A DNA stretch of 60,908 bases from Alphaproteobacteria bacterium. Lineage in GTDB: Bacteria > Pseudomonadota > Alphaproteobacteria > UBA2966 > CAIVPW01. The notes below the pieces were generated by a model. It worked only from the letters and a program-made list of their open reading frames with translations, did no database searches and was not told where the DNA came from. This document shows, in pieces, positions 9,161 through 19,083 of this stretch (positions within the stretch are counted from its first letter, which is position 1; each line of letters starts with the position of its first letter). The position numbers and the translations under genes were made by a program. The stretch covers positions 1 through 60,908 of the forward strand of contig JABHVE010000056.1 in the NCBI GenBank assembly GCA_018658465.1. The letters are read 5' to 3'.

Positions 9161-10504
9161 ATGCGTACCAAATTCCAAATCACTGGGGCAGCGGCCATTA
9201 TTGTTGCCCTGTCCGCATTCCCTGCCGGGGCGGAAACCCTGAACGATGTGCTGGCGTTGACCTATACCGCCAACCCCACCTTGGAAGCCCAGCGCGCGTC
9301 CTTGCGGGCCCAGGACGAATCAGTGGCCCAGGCTTTGGCGGGTCGCCGCCCGTCGGTCACCCTGTCCACCTCCATTGGCCGATCGAATTCTGCCGCAAAT
9401 ACTACCGTCAATTCCACACCCGCCAGTTTGTCGTTGGCGATCAATCAAACCTTGTACCGGGGTGGCCGCATCGTCGCCGGGATCGACCAAGCGGAAATCA
9501 ATATTCTCAGCGCCAGGGCGGGCCTGCTTAGCACCGAGCAACAGGTACTATCGTCTGCCGTTTCTGCCTACATCAACGTCCTTCGCGATCAGGCCGTGTT
9601 GCAGCTCAACCGTTCCAGCGAACAGGTTCTGACCACGGAGCTTCAGGCCACCCGCAACCGCTTCGAATTGGGGGACGCGACCATCACCGATATCGCCCAA
9701 TCCGAGGCTGCGGTGTCGGCGTCCGCGGCGTCGCGCATTCAATCCGAAGGATCGTTGTTGAACAGTTTGGCCACGTTCGAGCGCATCGTCGGAGCCGCAC
9801 CCGGACAATTGGAAACGCCCCAAGCCTTAACTGCATTGATCCCGGAGTCTTTGGCCCAAGCCATTGCCATTGGCCTGGCCGAAAACCCGTCAATTTTATC
9901 GGCCCAGTACACGGAAGTGGCGGCGCGGATCAGTGTTGATACGGCCCAAGCCGCCCGGCTACCAACCGTGACACTTAGCGCCCGGACGACACGATCAGAA
10001 AACCGCGCCGTTAATTTGACCCCGGCCGTATCGACTTCGCTCACCTTGTCCCTGTCCATGCCCCTGTACCAATCGGGCGCCGAATTCGCGTCGATCCGAT
10101 CGGCCATTGAATCCAACGCCCGGTCATTGATTCAGCTGGAAGACGCCCGGCGATCCGTTCAAGCGTCGGTCACCCAGGCATGGCAGCAATTGGCCGTGGC
10201 CCGCGCCGGCATCGTTTCACGCAGCGACCAGGTCCGCGCAAGTTTGGTGGCGGTCGAAGGTGTCCGCCAAGAAGAACAAGTAGGGGCGCGCACCCGGCTA
10301 AACGTGTTGAACGCTGAACAGCAATTGCTGAACGCCCGTGTGTCCTTGGTCACCGCCCGACGGGACGAGCTGGTGGCAAGTTACGGATTGCTGGCAGCCA
10401 TGGGCCGCCTGACCGCCGCCCAGCTGGGGCTAGCCGTGAACCTGTACAATCCGGCCGAGAATTACTTGGCCATTCGCGGGTCGATGTTCGGGATCAATCC
10501 CTAG
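9161..10504 (+). CDS. tolC: TolC-family outer-membrane channel
   Basis: Signal peptide AAAIIVALSAFPAGAETL, a duplicated OEP repeat architecture, and RBS AAGGAG upstream. Confidence 0.85.
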   Translation: MRTKFQITGAAAIIVALSAFPAGAETLNDVLALTYTANPTLEAQRASLRAQDESVAQALAGRRPSVTLSTSIGRSNSAANTTVNSTPASLSLAINQTLYRGGRIVAGIDQAEINILSARAGLLSTEQQVLSSAVSAYINVLRDQAVLQLNRSSEQVLTTELQATRNRFELGDATITDIAQSEAAVSASAASRIQSEGSLLNSLATFERIVGAAPGQLETPQALTALIPESLAQAIAIGLAENPSILSAQYTEVAARISVDTAQAARLPTVTLSARTTRSENRAVNLTPAVSTSLTLSLSMPLYQSGAEFASIRSAIESNARSLIQLEDARRSVQASVTQAWQQLAVARAGIVSRSDQVRASLVAVEGVRQEEQVGARTRLNVLNAEQQLLNARVSLVTARRDELVASYGLLAAMGRLTAAQLGLAVNLYNPAENYLAIRGSMFGINP

Positions 10505-10506
10505 CG

Positions 10507-12042
10507 CTACTCAACTAGATTGGGGACGAACCCCGCTGGGAAGTCCGTACCTTGCGTGATCGCCCCGGTGAAAATGGCCTCCAACACCAAAGCCGATTTG
10601 AAATACGAATTGGTCAAGTTGGCATTTGTGAAATCAGTTTCCCGCAAATCCGTCTGCCGCAAATCGGCTTCCGTCAAATCTGCGCCTAGCACAATCGCCT
10701 TCACCATATTGGCGTTATAGAAGCTGGTTCCAATGGCGATCGCGCCGGTTAAATCCGCCCGGGTCAGTTGGGAAACATGGAGCCACGCGCCGGTTAGGGT
10801 CGCATTGCGGAAACTTGCCCCACCCAAGCGTCCTTCGCGCATATCCACATATGTGAAGTTGGCGTCATCAAAGGTGCCATTGATCAACTGAACCCGCGCC
10901 ATTCTTGCTTCTTCGAAATTGGCACCGGTGGCATCTGCCCCATCCAAACGGGCTTCGAATAACAGGGCAAAGCTGAGGTCCGCGCCAACCAAATTCGCCC
11001 GCTTCAGATCGGCTTTGTTGAGGATGGCACCCGTCAGGTTGGCCCCTTCTAAATTCGCACCTGCCAGTCTGGCGTCGTGGAGAACCGCGCCTTCGAGATT
11101 GGCTCCGGCCAAATTTGCACCGCGAAGATCGGCCCGGGTAAAGTCCACTTCGAAGAAATCACACCCTGGGCAATCCCGTGCCCGCAGCACCTGTTCCGGA
11201 ATCTCGTGAACAATGTTTGCGACCTCGGCCAACCGTGCTTCACGATTTGGAATTTCAGTGACCAGGAATTCTTCCATCCTAGTTTCGCTCCAAAATTCTC
11301 CTTCGACTGCCCGACCTTCGATGCGGATATTCATACCGGCTTGGCCAGGACGACGATAATAGTCGGCGGCCAGATGGGTCATCACACCCCTGTCCCCGTC
11401 CAATCGTTCGCAGCGATCCTTGATGAAGATTTTCTGGAATGGCTCCTCGCCCTCTTCGGGTTCGGCTTTGACGCACGACCAAGGGAAATCATTGTTGTAC
11501 CGACCGGTCAAAAAGTTGCGCAAGGTGAAAGCCCGCTGGCGCATGTCCAGGTCGTCGAAGTGATTTCTGTCTGCGCGTTGGTCCGAGACAATCCGAATTC
11601 CCATCAAAAATCCGTCATCATCGAATAAACCCGACACAATGATGGGCAGGTCATAAGCGGTTGTGCTGCGATACCGCTGCGCACGGATCGGCAAATTGCC
11701 CGCAAGCGCCCAATATTCCAGGGTATCGTCATAGCGGAAGTAAATTTCATGCAGTCCCGTGCCGGGTTCGGCCGGGCACATGGCAAAATCGACCCAGCCC
11801 TCAAGTTCCGTCGAAGGCGGTCCACCATTGGTTCCACAGGAAAAATCGGCGTAATTGGCGAAATCCATCTCTTTGGCGTGGTCGCCAAGTTTCAGATCCC
11901 AGATGGAGTAAACATACGCTTCGGTTCCGCCGCCCACGGGTTCCTGGGCCAGACTGGCTTGACCGAACCCAAACACCGCACTCCCAACAAACAGAGCAAA
12001 CCAGGTCGCAACAATTCCCCGCAGGGCTACATTCAAACGCAT
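10507..12042 (-). CDS. Secreted protein: ~290-aa unknown N-domain plus ~210-aa pentapeptide-repeat domain
   Basis: Signal peptide ATWFALFVGSAVFGFGQASLAQ. The C-terminal half is made of A(D/N)LxG repeats (ADLRGANLAGANLEGAVLHDARLAGANLEGANLTGAILNKADLKRANLVGADL...). Confidence 0.85.
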   Translation of the reverse strand: MRLNVALRGIVATWFALFVGSAVFGFGQASLAQEPVGGGTEAYVYSIWDLKLGDHAKEMDFANYADFSCGTNGGPPSTELEGWVDFAMCPAEPGTGLHEIYFRYDDTLEYWALAGNLPIRAQRYRSTTAYDLPIIVSGLFDDDGFLMGIRIVSDQRADRNHFDDLDMRQRAFTLRNFLTGRYNNDFPWSCVKAEPEEGEEPFQKIFIKDRCERLDGDRGVMTHLAADYYRRPGQAGMNIRIEGRAVEGEFWSETRMEEFLVTEIPNREARLAEVANIVHEIPEQVLRARDCPGCDFFEVDFTRADLRGANLAGANLEGAVLHDARLAGANLEGANLTGAILNKADLKRANLVGADLSFALLFEARLDGADATGANFEEARMARVQLINGTFDDANFTYVDMREGRLGGASFRNATLTGAWLHVSQLTRADLTGAIAIGTSFYNANMVKAIVLGADLTEADLRQTDLRETDFTNANLTNSYFKSALVLEAIFTGAITQGTDFPAGFVPNLVE

Positions 12043-12184
12043 TTGTTATCTTCCATGCCTCATTTCCGCCACAGGTGCAGAGTATTTCCGATCAGAAGGA
12101 AGTCAAGCATGTCACGCACTGTTGAGCCATTTGATCTCAATCTGTATTCTCCGCCTCAAGTTGGGGCGTATTAATAAAGGATCT

Positions 12185-12751
12185 ATGATGATTTCCAAAT
12201 TAAATCCCTTTAAGCCAAGGCAATGGGCGGCCGCTGCACTCTCCGCAGCGATTTTGGCCGTCGGGGCTTTCGGATTTTCCTCAGGCGCAGAAGCACAAAA
12301 TGTGAAGCTTGGGAAAACCACATGGCAGGAAGGCGGCGCCGATTGCGTCCGTTGCCATGGTTGGGCCGGCGATGGCCAAGGCGAAGACGAACGGGCGCCC
12401 CAAGGTGCCAATTTGCGCCTAAGCTTTTTAGATCGCGATACGATGGAAATGTTCATCAAATGCGGCATCCCGGGTACGGAAATGCCCCATTTTGATCGCG
12501 GTGCCTACACCGATGACCGGTGTTTCGGTCAAACCGCCCAGCAAATCGGTAACGACAAACCAGACATTGCCGAGCGCACTATCATCAAGCGGCAAATCGA
12601 CGCACTTTTGGATTATTTGTACGCCGAAGTGGTTGGCAAGGGCATGCCGGTTTCCTTGGAAGTCTGTGAAGCCTATTACAGCGTTGGATCAACCCGCTGC
12701 GTTGGTAAATACGCTCCAGCAGCCGAAGCTGCTCCCGCCGCCGGCGGCTAA
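12185..12751 (+). CDS. Mono-haem c-type cytochrome (periplasmic)
   Basis: Signal peptide AAALSAAILAVGAFGFSSGAEAQ and a single CxxCH motif (CVRCH). Start at ATG 12185 after AAAGGA. Confidence 0.8.
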   Translation: MMISKLNPFKPRQWAAAALSAAILAVGAFGFSSGAEAQNVKLGKTTWQEGGADCVRCHGWAGDGQGEDERAPQGANLRLSFLDRDTMEMFIKCGIPGTEMPHFDRGAYTDDRCFGQTAQQIGNDKPDIAERTIIKRQIDALLDYLYAEVVGKGMPVSLEVCEAYYSVGSTRCVGKYAPAAEAAPAAGG

Positions 12752-12788
12752 AATTTTATCCATCAATCCGCAAACAAGCGGATCGAAA

Positions 12789-12821
12789 GGGCCGGGCACC
12801 TATGTGTCCGGCCTTTTTTTA
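12789..12821 (+). terminator. Rho-independent terminator downstream of the cytochrome c gene
   Basis: GGGCCGGGCAC-ctat-GTGTCCGGCC (one mismatch) followed by TTTTTTTA. Confidence 0.7.
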
Positions 12822-13095
12822 TGGTGCAAGCCTGGATGGGAGGAGCCACTACCTCTGTCAAAGATTTGGACAGGGGCGGCCCCCAGTGGACCAGGGGGCC
12901 GGGTTTGTTTTTGCGGCCCGTGTGGCTGCGCCGGTGGAGTGCCTGAGAGAGCCCAAGGGAACACCCACCCAGAGACCCTCCGGCCGTGCCAGCGCCGACC
13001 CTAGATGACTTCAATGGCATGTGGATGTAGGGAGCTTCCGCCCCAAGGCTGGTGGCCAGGGATCGGCCCGTAAAGGGTCCCGATGAAGGGCAGGC

Positions 13096-13133
13096 AAAGA
13101 AAAGGGCGGACCAGCTTATCGCTGGCCCGCCCC
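13096..13133 (-). terminator. Rho-independent terminator downstream of the PQQ dehydrogenase gene
   Basis: On the minus strand: GGGCGGGCCAGC-gataa-GCTGGTCCGCCC followed by TTTTCTTT. Confidence 0.7.
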
Positions 13134-13149
13134 AATCATTTAGACGTCT

Positions 13150-14940
13150 TTACAGAGAGAACGCGATGACGTACGCGCCCGAGATCTGTGAAGCAAGGTC
13201 ATCATAACCACCGCCTGAACGACCATTCATCAACACGACAATGTACTGCGTGCCACCGGTCGAATAGGAAGAGATCGGAGCCTTGGTGGAGATCCCGCCT
13301 GGGAAGCTCCACATTTCGGTCAGATTTTCGTCGTTGTAAGCCGTAACGCTGCCGTCACGATTTACGGTCCAAACTAGACCACCAGCCGAAGCCATAACGC
13401 CGGACTGATTGCCCCAAGGGAATGTTGCCTTGGCCTGAACCTTCATGTTTACGACGTCAACCGCGGTGAGCGAACCGAACGGGGAAGTAAACCCGCCGCC
13501 GCCGCCCAAGAAGACCGCGCCCGGACCCTTCGGGTTACCACCCTGAGGACCGACAACTTCGTTCTCCAGATCAACGTTGACCTGTGTGCAACCGTCATCG
13601 CCTGCACCGTACGCGATCATCTTGACCGGGTTAAATGCAGGAGGCTGCCAACGCAGGCCACCGGCCGGCGTCGGGCAAGACGGAACTTCCGGGAACGCCC
13701 GCAGATTACGAGTGGCCGGAATGTAAGTCTGAACCAGCTTGGAGGGATCATACTCGATCGCCTTACCAGTTTTCGGGTCCAAACCAGCGGTCCATGTGAC
13801 TTCCGCCACATACTGGGTGTAGTTGACGAATGTGCCGTCTTCGCGGTTCAGGTGATAGTAGAACCCGTTCCGTGCAAAGTGACCCATGACAGGAACGCCA
13901 TCGACGTCATAAAGCAGATTGACGTTGATTTCGTCATAATCCCAAGACTCGTTGGCGATGTACTGGAAGCCCCATTCGATGGCGCCAGTATCAATGTTGA
14001 AGCCAAGAGCGGCATCGGTCCAAAGGTTATCGCCGGGGCGATATTCCGGATCGAACATGGGCACTGGGTTGGCTGTGCCCCAAATGGTCAGGCGCGTTGC
14101 CGGATCATAGGAACCAGTGGTCCACAAGGATGCACCACCTGTACGCCATGCATTATGGTCGTCGGCCCACGTTTCGTGACCAGGCTCACCTGGTGCCGGA
14201 ATCGTGTATGTCCGCCACAGCTCTTCACCTGTGTCTGCGTCCAGGGCGGCCAACCAGCCACGTGTTCCCCAGTCGCCAGCGCTCTGACCGACGAGGATCT
14301 TGCCCTCAACCGCCAAAGGTGCTGCGGTGAACTTTTCGCCGATCACAAAGTGCTCAGCATCCGGTCCGCCGGGAAGGTTGTCGTAACCAAGGATGGTACG
14401 GGCAACCTGAACATCCCAAACGAATTCACCGGTGTTGCGGTCAACGGCGATGGCACGGCCATCAACGTTGTTGCCGTAAACGTTTTTGCCCCAAAGTGCG
14501 GGACCACGTGAACGGGCGCCTTCGGCTTCTTTGTCTGTTGCCGGGTCGGCGGTCCAAACGATGGAACCGCTGCCGTCACGGGCATCAATCTTGTAGATGG
14601 TGCCCCAACCGTCATTGAAGAACAGCATGCCGCCATCGGCGAGAATTCCGCCTTCGGCGTTCGGGCCATTCAGTGCACCGTCAAGAGCGGTACCGCCAAA
14701 TGGTACGATCCAAGCGGCCTTCAGATTTGCGACGTTGCCGCGATTGATCTGAGCCAATCCGGAATACCGGTGCGAGGCATAGTTTTGAAAAGTAGTGATC
14801 CAATTTTGCGGCTCGGCGTCGGCGTTCTCCAACCGATACTGAGACACATCAGCGGCGGCGGCAGGAAGCGCGATCGCAGCGGCAAGGGCGCCGCCTACGA
14901 CCGGAGCAACCATCCGGCGCAGGTTAATACCTGTAGTCAT
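13150..14940 (-). CDS. PQQ-dependent dehydrogenase, methanol/ethanol (MDH/XoxF/ADH) superfamily, divergent member
   Basis: Signal peptide with an AAAAD cleavage region. Eight-bladed propeller-type W-motifs. WDYDEINVNLLYD...HFARNGFYYHLNR aligns with the XoxF-type WDYDGVNEM...HFDRNGF. RBS GGAGGAG. Confidence 0.8.
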   Translation of the reverse strand: MTTGINLRRMVAPVVGGALAAAIALPAAAADVSQYRLENADAEPQNWITTFQNYASHRYSGLAQINRGNVANLKAAWIVPFGGTALDGALNGPNAEGGILADGGMLFFNDGWGTIYKIDARDGSGSIVWTADPATDKEAEGARSRGPALWGKNVYGNNVDGRAIAVDRNTGEFVWDVQVARTILGYDNLPGGPDAEHFVIGEKFTAAPLAVEGKILVGQSAGDWGTRGWLAALDADTGEELWRTYTIPAPGEPGHETWADDHNAWRTGGASLWTTGSYDPATRLTIWGTANPVPMFDPEYRPGDNLWTDAALGFNIDTGAIEWGFQYIANESWDYDEINVNLLYDVDGVPVMGHFARNGFYYHLNREDGTFVNYTQYVAEVTWTAGLDPKTGKAIEYDPSKLVQTYIPATRNLRAFPEVPSCPTPAGGLRWQPPAFNPVKMIAYGAGDDGCTQVNVDLENEVVGPQGGNPKGPGAVFLGGGGGFTSPFGSLTAVDVVNMKVQAKATFPWGNQSGVMASAGGLVWTVNRDGSVTAYNDENLTEMWSFPGGISTKAPISSYSTGGTQYIVVLMNGRSGGGYDDLASQISGAYVIAFSL

Positions 14941-15222
14941 TTAGGGTCTCCTCCCTCGAGGGTTTGATGAATTATTTTTTCGTTTCGCGTTTTTACTAAG
15001 AAACTACGCATCGTTCGTTCCCGTCGCGGGCGCTTTGGCCCACGAGTAGGTGGATCGTAGGCACCCGAAAGAGCCCCGTCAAGCAAGAGTCGCCTAGGAC
15101 AACGGATTTATTCAGAATGCCCGCCCGGGGCACAAACATCGTTAAGATTTCTGCTCTTTTTGCGACGGTTCCACCAGCCATCGACCACCACAGGATGCTG
15201 GCGCACCGGAGGCCACAGCGAT

Positions 15223-16416
15223 TTAGGGTGCGACACCCGGAACGGCAATACCGGGCGGAAGCGGCAGCTGACCCGCTGGAAGCTGTGCACCGGGGGCAAT
15301 TTGGATGCCTCCAGGCAACGGAACGCCAGGGGGCAATGTAACGCCGGGGGGCAGCCCCGGGATTCCGCCCGCCGGCGCTTCCTCCGGGACCGGTTCAGTC
15401 AAATCAGCCACATCACGGTGAATTGCGCGCAGCTTGTAGCCCGGAAGCTGGTACGCCCAGCCTGCGGCGAGGGCATTGATACCGTCGGCCCGTTCCACGC
15501 CTTCTGACCCCGCCTCGGCCGAGGCGGAAAATGTCACCCAATTCACCTCGTCAATGGCGTAGGTCGTGACAACCACGGTCATCCCATCAGAGGTCGTGTA
15601 TTCCACCACTCTGGTCGGTTCGGCCCCAGCAATCTCGCTGGCCACACGGACATTTTCGAAAACTACAGATACCGCACCGGACGCCACTTGCTTCCACGCA
15701 CTGTCCACCGCCCGCATTCCTTCGATTTCGGGGAACATGTGGTAGCGGGTCAAGCCCTCCCCTTCATCTTGCTTAACGGCAGTCAGGTTGGTTTCCCCGC
15801 CTTCGCGGATGACAACCTTTTGAATGTCCGGTCCGGGAATATGGATCACCTGTTGGACCATCCATTCCGCCGCAGTGGGCGGCAAGGCAACAGTGCCGCG
15901 CACCAGCCACGATCGCGGATTGCCCGGCTCGCGCACATACATGCCGCCCAGGGGATCAAATTGCATTGTGCTGCTGACGCGGCCAAGGATGATCGCCGCC
16001 AATTCCTCGCCGTCAGCGGTTTCCAGGACAATTTCACGGGAATTGGAGTCTTCAGCCCCGACATCCTGAACGCCAAGCCTGAAATACAAATCCGGCTTGT
16101 CGGTCTTTTCCTCGAACCGCCGCAGGGATGCAATCCCCGCCACCACTGTTCGAACATTGTCGGTCGGCACCGGATACCGGGCCCGTTCCAAAAAGCCCCA
16201 CCCGTCTCCGTCGAGCACGATTGTGGATTCCGAATTGGGTGCCCGGAACCGCAACACCGCGACCTCGTTGGCTCTGGCCACCAGTTCCGGGAACAGCGGT
16301 TGATCGATTTCTGCCGCACCAATGGCTGAGCGGCTCTCCACCACCACGGCACCCAGTGCAGCGGCTAATCCGACGGCGGTTGCGCCCACCAGCATTACAA
16401 ATGATTTAGGGGTCAT
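15223..16416 (-). CDS. DUF4340-like protein with Pro-rich C-terminal tail (last gene of the GldG-type ABC operon)
   Basis: N-terminal TM (FVMLVGATAVGLAAALGAVVV). Its position directly after a GldG-like gene is typical of DUF4340. The tail reads PGLPPGVTLPPGVPLPGG...PLPPGIAVPGVAP. Confidence 0.6.
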   Translation of the reverse strand: MTPKSFVMLVGATAVGLAAALGAVVVESRSAIGAAEIDQPLFPELVARANEVAVLRFRAPNSESTIVLDGDGWGFLERARYPVPTDNVRTVVAGIASLRRFEEKTDKPDLYFRLGVQDVGAEDSNSREIVLETADGEELAAIILGRVSSTMQFDPLGGMYVREPGNPRSWLVRGTVALPPTAAEWMVQQVIHIPGPDIQKVVIREGGETNLTAVKQDEGEGLTRYHMFPEIEGMRAVDSAWKQVASGAVSVVFENVRVASEIAGAEPTRVVEYTTSDGMTVVVTTYAIDEVNWVTFSASAEAGSEGVERADGINALAAGWAYQLPGYKLRAIHRDVADLTEPVPEEAPAGGIPGLPPGVTLPPGVPLPGGIQIAPGAQLPAGQLPLPPGIAVPGVAP

Positions 16417-16429
16417 TGGTCCTTAATCC

Positions 16430-18352
16430 TTAAGCGCTTCTGCGGCCGCGCCGCAATGCCGCGCGCCGCCAAAGTGCAATCAGGACCCCGATGACAATAA
16501 CGATCATGGGGATGGCGGCAATATTAGCCAATTCCAACCTTGTCTCCAGGGCCTCAATGTCCTCGTTCAGGGCCCGACGAACATCGCGCAGCTCCTGACG
16601 GATCGTCAGCATCCTTCGATTAAACTCTAAGATGGATTCCTGATCTTCTTGGGTCAAAAGTTGAAAGTCGCCGCCGGCCCGACCCTGGGCCTGAAGTTCG
16701 GCGATACGATCTTGGGTTTCCTCCAGCTCAACGGTCAACTGTTGTTCGGTCTGGAAATACCGCCCACGGGCATCATCTTCGATCTGTTCCACTGTGGTGA
16801 ACGGCCGATGGGAAAGACCACGCCCACGCAGCCCGATCAGCGCCCCGCCGCCGGCCAAGTTTTCCACCGCATTGGTGACGAAATCGGCATTGCTTGAACT
16901 GGGAGCGCCGGCCTCGGTAACCGTGTGGCTGTCCATCAGCATGTCGGCATCTGCGACAATGATGACATTGATTGGTTTCACCGAGGTCATGATCTGGGGT
17001 TCTTCTTCAACCTCAGCTGCCTCTCCTTCCCCCGGTTCCGGACCGAAGTCGGCGGGATCGGCAGGCTTGCCATCGGGAAACGCGGTGTTGACCATCCCGG
17101 TAATGCGCGCCGCCACCGTTTGGCGCACGCCCTCGGGTTCGAAAATATCCAACAGGTCCTTGGGGTCGCCGCGCCGTCGCACGGCGATGGAATCGAGCAT
17201 CATCGAATCCCGCGTCGTCTGGATTAGCGGCGAGATGGTGACACCCTCCTGGCCCGTCTCACGCAAACCACCGGCCGCGGACATGCGCATCAATTGCAGC
17301 GTTCCGGTTACAACATCGTCCTGATTAAAGGCGTCCTGGCGAATTTGCAGCCACGGTACGTAATCGGTGACGACCCGGTTTGGCCCGGCAAACCCGGTAA
17401 TGCGAATCGCCATTTCCCGGTCGCCAACAATGCGATCATCCACCTGGTCGATACCCCACGCCGAAAACAGAGTGTTCAAATCCGAAGTGGGGAACAAATA
17501 CTGGACATTATTCTGCGGATTTTTGGGTGAATTCTCGGCGAAGGGATCGGTGAAGAAAATTACCGGACCCCCAGCCAGAACGAATTGATCAATGGCGTAC
17601 TGAGTTTTTTCGGGCAGGCCCGCCGGGTGCACCACCATTAGAACGTCAGCGTTGGGCGGAATTTGTTCGGCGTCATACACCAAACTGCGCACTTCAAACA
17701 CTTGCTGCATTTGGCGGATCAAGGCCACCGGCGGAATGCGTTCTTCTTCGCGGCCCATGACCCCCAGCCCATCGATCACGCCGACAACGGGCTTCCTGGG
17801 GTTGGCCAAATTGTTGACCATACGGGTCAGGTCGTATTCCAAGAATTGCTCTCGGTCCGGGGTCAGGAAAGAAATCACCTGCACATCGTCGGTGGAATTT
17901 GTCGCCACCAGCCCGAAATACCCGCGTTCACCTGTCGCACTCAATTGGAAGCCTTCCAGTTGGAAGGCAATGGCTCGGTCCTCTTCCGACGAGAACGGCA
18001 GGGCGTTGACAATTTCCACGCGGATCATGCCGTTTGACATCTCCGAGTATGTCCGCAGAAGCTCGTTGACCCGTTCCGAATACACTTTCAATTGTGGTGC
18101 GGCTTCCAACAGGTCCCGAGACTGATACAAGCGCACGGTGACCGGCTCGGCCAAAGCCTCCACGACGGACCGGGTGGATTCGGACAGTGTGAACAGCTTG
18201 CTTTCCGTCAGGTCGGTGCGCTGGGATCCAAGAACCAAGGCCGAAAACAAATTGACCGTCAGGAACAGCACCACCGCCAAAATGATCCCGATAACCGAAA
18301 GAATAGAGCGTTCAGTGTCGGCCAGTCTTTTTAAAATACCATCCATGGTCAT
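16430..18352 (-). CDS. GldG-family ABC-transport auxiliary protein
   Basis: N- and C-terminal TM anchors flank a large periplasmic domain. ATGA overlap with the upstream ABC-2 permease gene. Has a C-terminal coiled coil. Confidence 0.7.
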   Translation of the reverse strand: MTMDGILKRLADTERSILSVIGIILAVVLFLTVNLFSALVLGSQRTDLTESKLFTLSESTRSVVEALAEPVTVRLYQSRDLLEAAPQLKVYSERVNELLRTYSEMSNGMIRVEIVNALPFSSEEDRAIAFQLEGFQLSATGERGYFGLVATNSTDDVQVISFLTPDREQFLEYDLTRMVNNLANPRKPVVGVIDGLGVMGREEERIPPVALIRQMQQVFEVRSLVYDAEQIPPNADVLMVVHPAGLPEKTQYAIDQFVLAGGPVIFFTDPFAENSPKNPQNNVQYLFPTSDLNTLFSAWGIDQVDDRIVGDREMAIRITGFAGPNRVVTDYVPWLQIRQDAFNQDDVVTGTLQLMRMSAAGGLRETGQEGVTISPLIQTTRDSMMLDSIAVRRRGDPKDLLDIFEPEGVRQTVAARITGMVNTAFPDGKPADPADFGPEPGEGEAAEVEEEPQIMTSVKPINVIIVADADMLMDSHTVTEAGAPSSSNADFVTNAVENLAGGGALIGLRGRGLSHRPFTTVEQIEDDARGRYFQTEQQLTVELEETQDRIAELQAQGRAGGDFQLLTQEDQESILEFNRRMLTIRQELRDVRRALNEDIEALETRLELANIAAIPMIVIVIGVLIALWRRAALRRGRRSA

Positions 18353-19083
18353 CCGGCCTTTTTCAGCTCAACGATCTGCACGTTGATAAACAGGCAAACC
18401 GCCATCATTGACAGGAAGAAAACGACGGAAGGCACCTGAACCACACCCTTGGTGATGGTTTGGAAATGGGTCAGAAACGACATGGACGCGATCAAATCAA
18501 CGATATACGCCGGTGCCCAATCGGTGAAAAAGCCCAAAACGATATCCAGGCCGCTCATCATGAAGATGAATGAGGCGGCGGCTCCCACAACAAACGCGAT
18601 CACCTGATTTTTTGTCAGGGCCGACAAGCACGAGGTCAGTGCCAGCAAAGCACCCGCCATTAACAGGCTGCCCAAATAGCTGGCAACGATCACCCCGTGG
18701 TCCGGCTCACCCAGGTAATTGACCGAAATCCAGATCGGGAACGTCAAAGCAATGGCAATCGCGGTGAACGCCCAGGCCGCCAAGAATTTTCCCGCCACCA
18801 CTTGCCCCGTGGTCACCGGCAACGTCATCAGCAGCTCGATCGTTCCCGATTTTCTTTCTTCGGCCCACAGGCGCATGCCCACGGCTGGGATCAACACCAA
18901 GAAAAGCCAAGGGTGGAACCCGAAAAACGCCAGCAAATCCGCCTGACGCCGACCAAAGAAATTGCCCATATAAAATGTCACCGCCCCGGCACCGGCCAGA
19001 AAGATGACCAGAAAGACGTAAGCCAGGGGCGTCGAAAAATACCCCCCCAATTCGCGCCGGGTAATGATCCCAAGAGTTCTCAT
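18349..19083 (-). CDS. ABC-2 type transporter permease
   Basis: Six predicted TM helices. 4-nt overlaps on both sides. Confidence 0.8.
   Translation of the reverse strand: MRTLGIITRRELGGYFSTPLAYVFLVIFLAGAGAVTFYMGNFFGRRQADLLAFFGFHPWLFLVLIPAVGMRLWAEERKSGTIELLMTLPVTTGQVVAGKFLAAWAFTAIAIALTFPIWISVNYLGEPDHGVIVASYLGSLLMAGALLALTSCLSALTKNQVIAFVVGAAASFIFMMSGLDIVLGFFTDWAPAYIVDLIASMSFLTHFQTITKGVVQVPSVVFFLSMMAVCLFINVQIVELKKAG

Noticed and set aside
12131-12144. FNR/FixK-type box TTGAT-CTCA-ATCTG upstream of the cytochrome c gene
   Set aside because: Only 8/10 match to TTGAT-N4-ATCAA. It is centred ~47 nt before the ATG, which would leave essentially no leader or RBS if it were a class II site. Kept only as a note.
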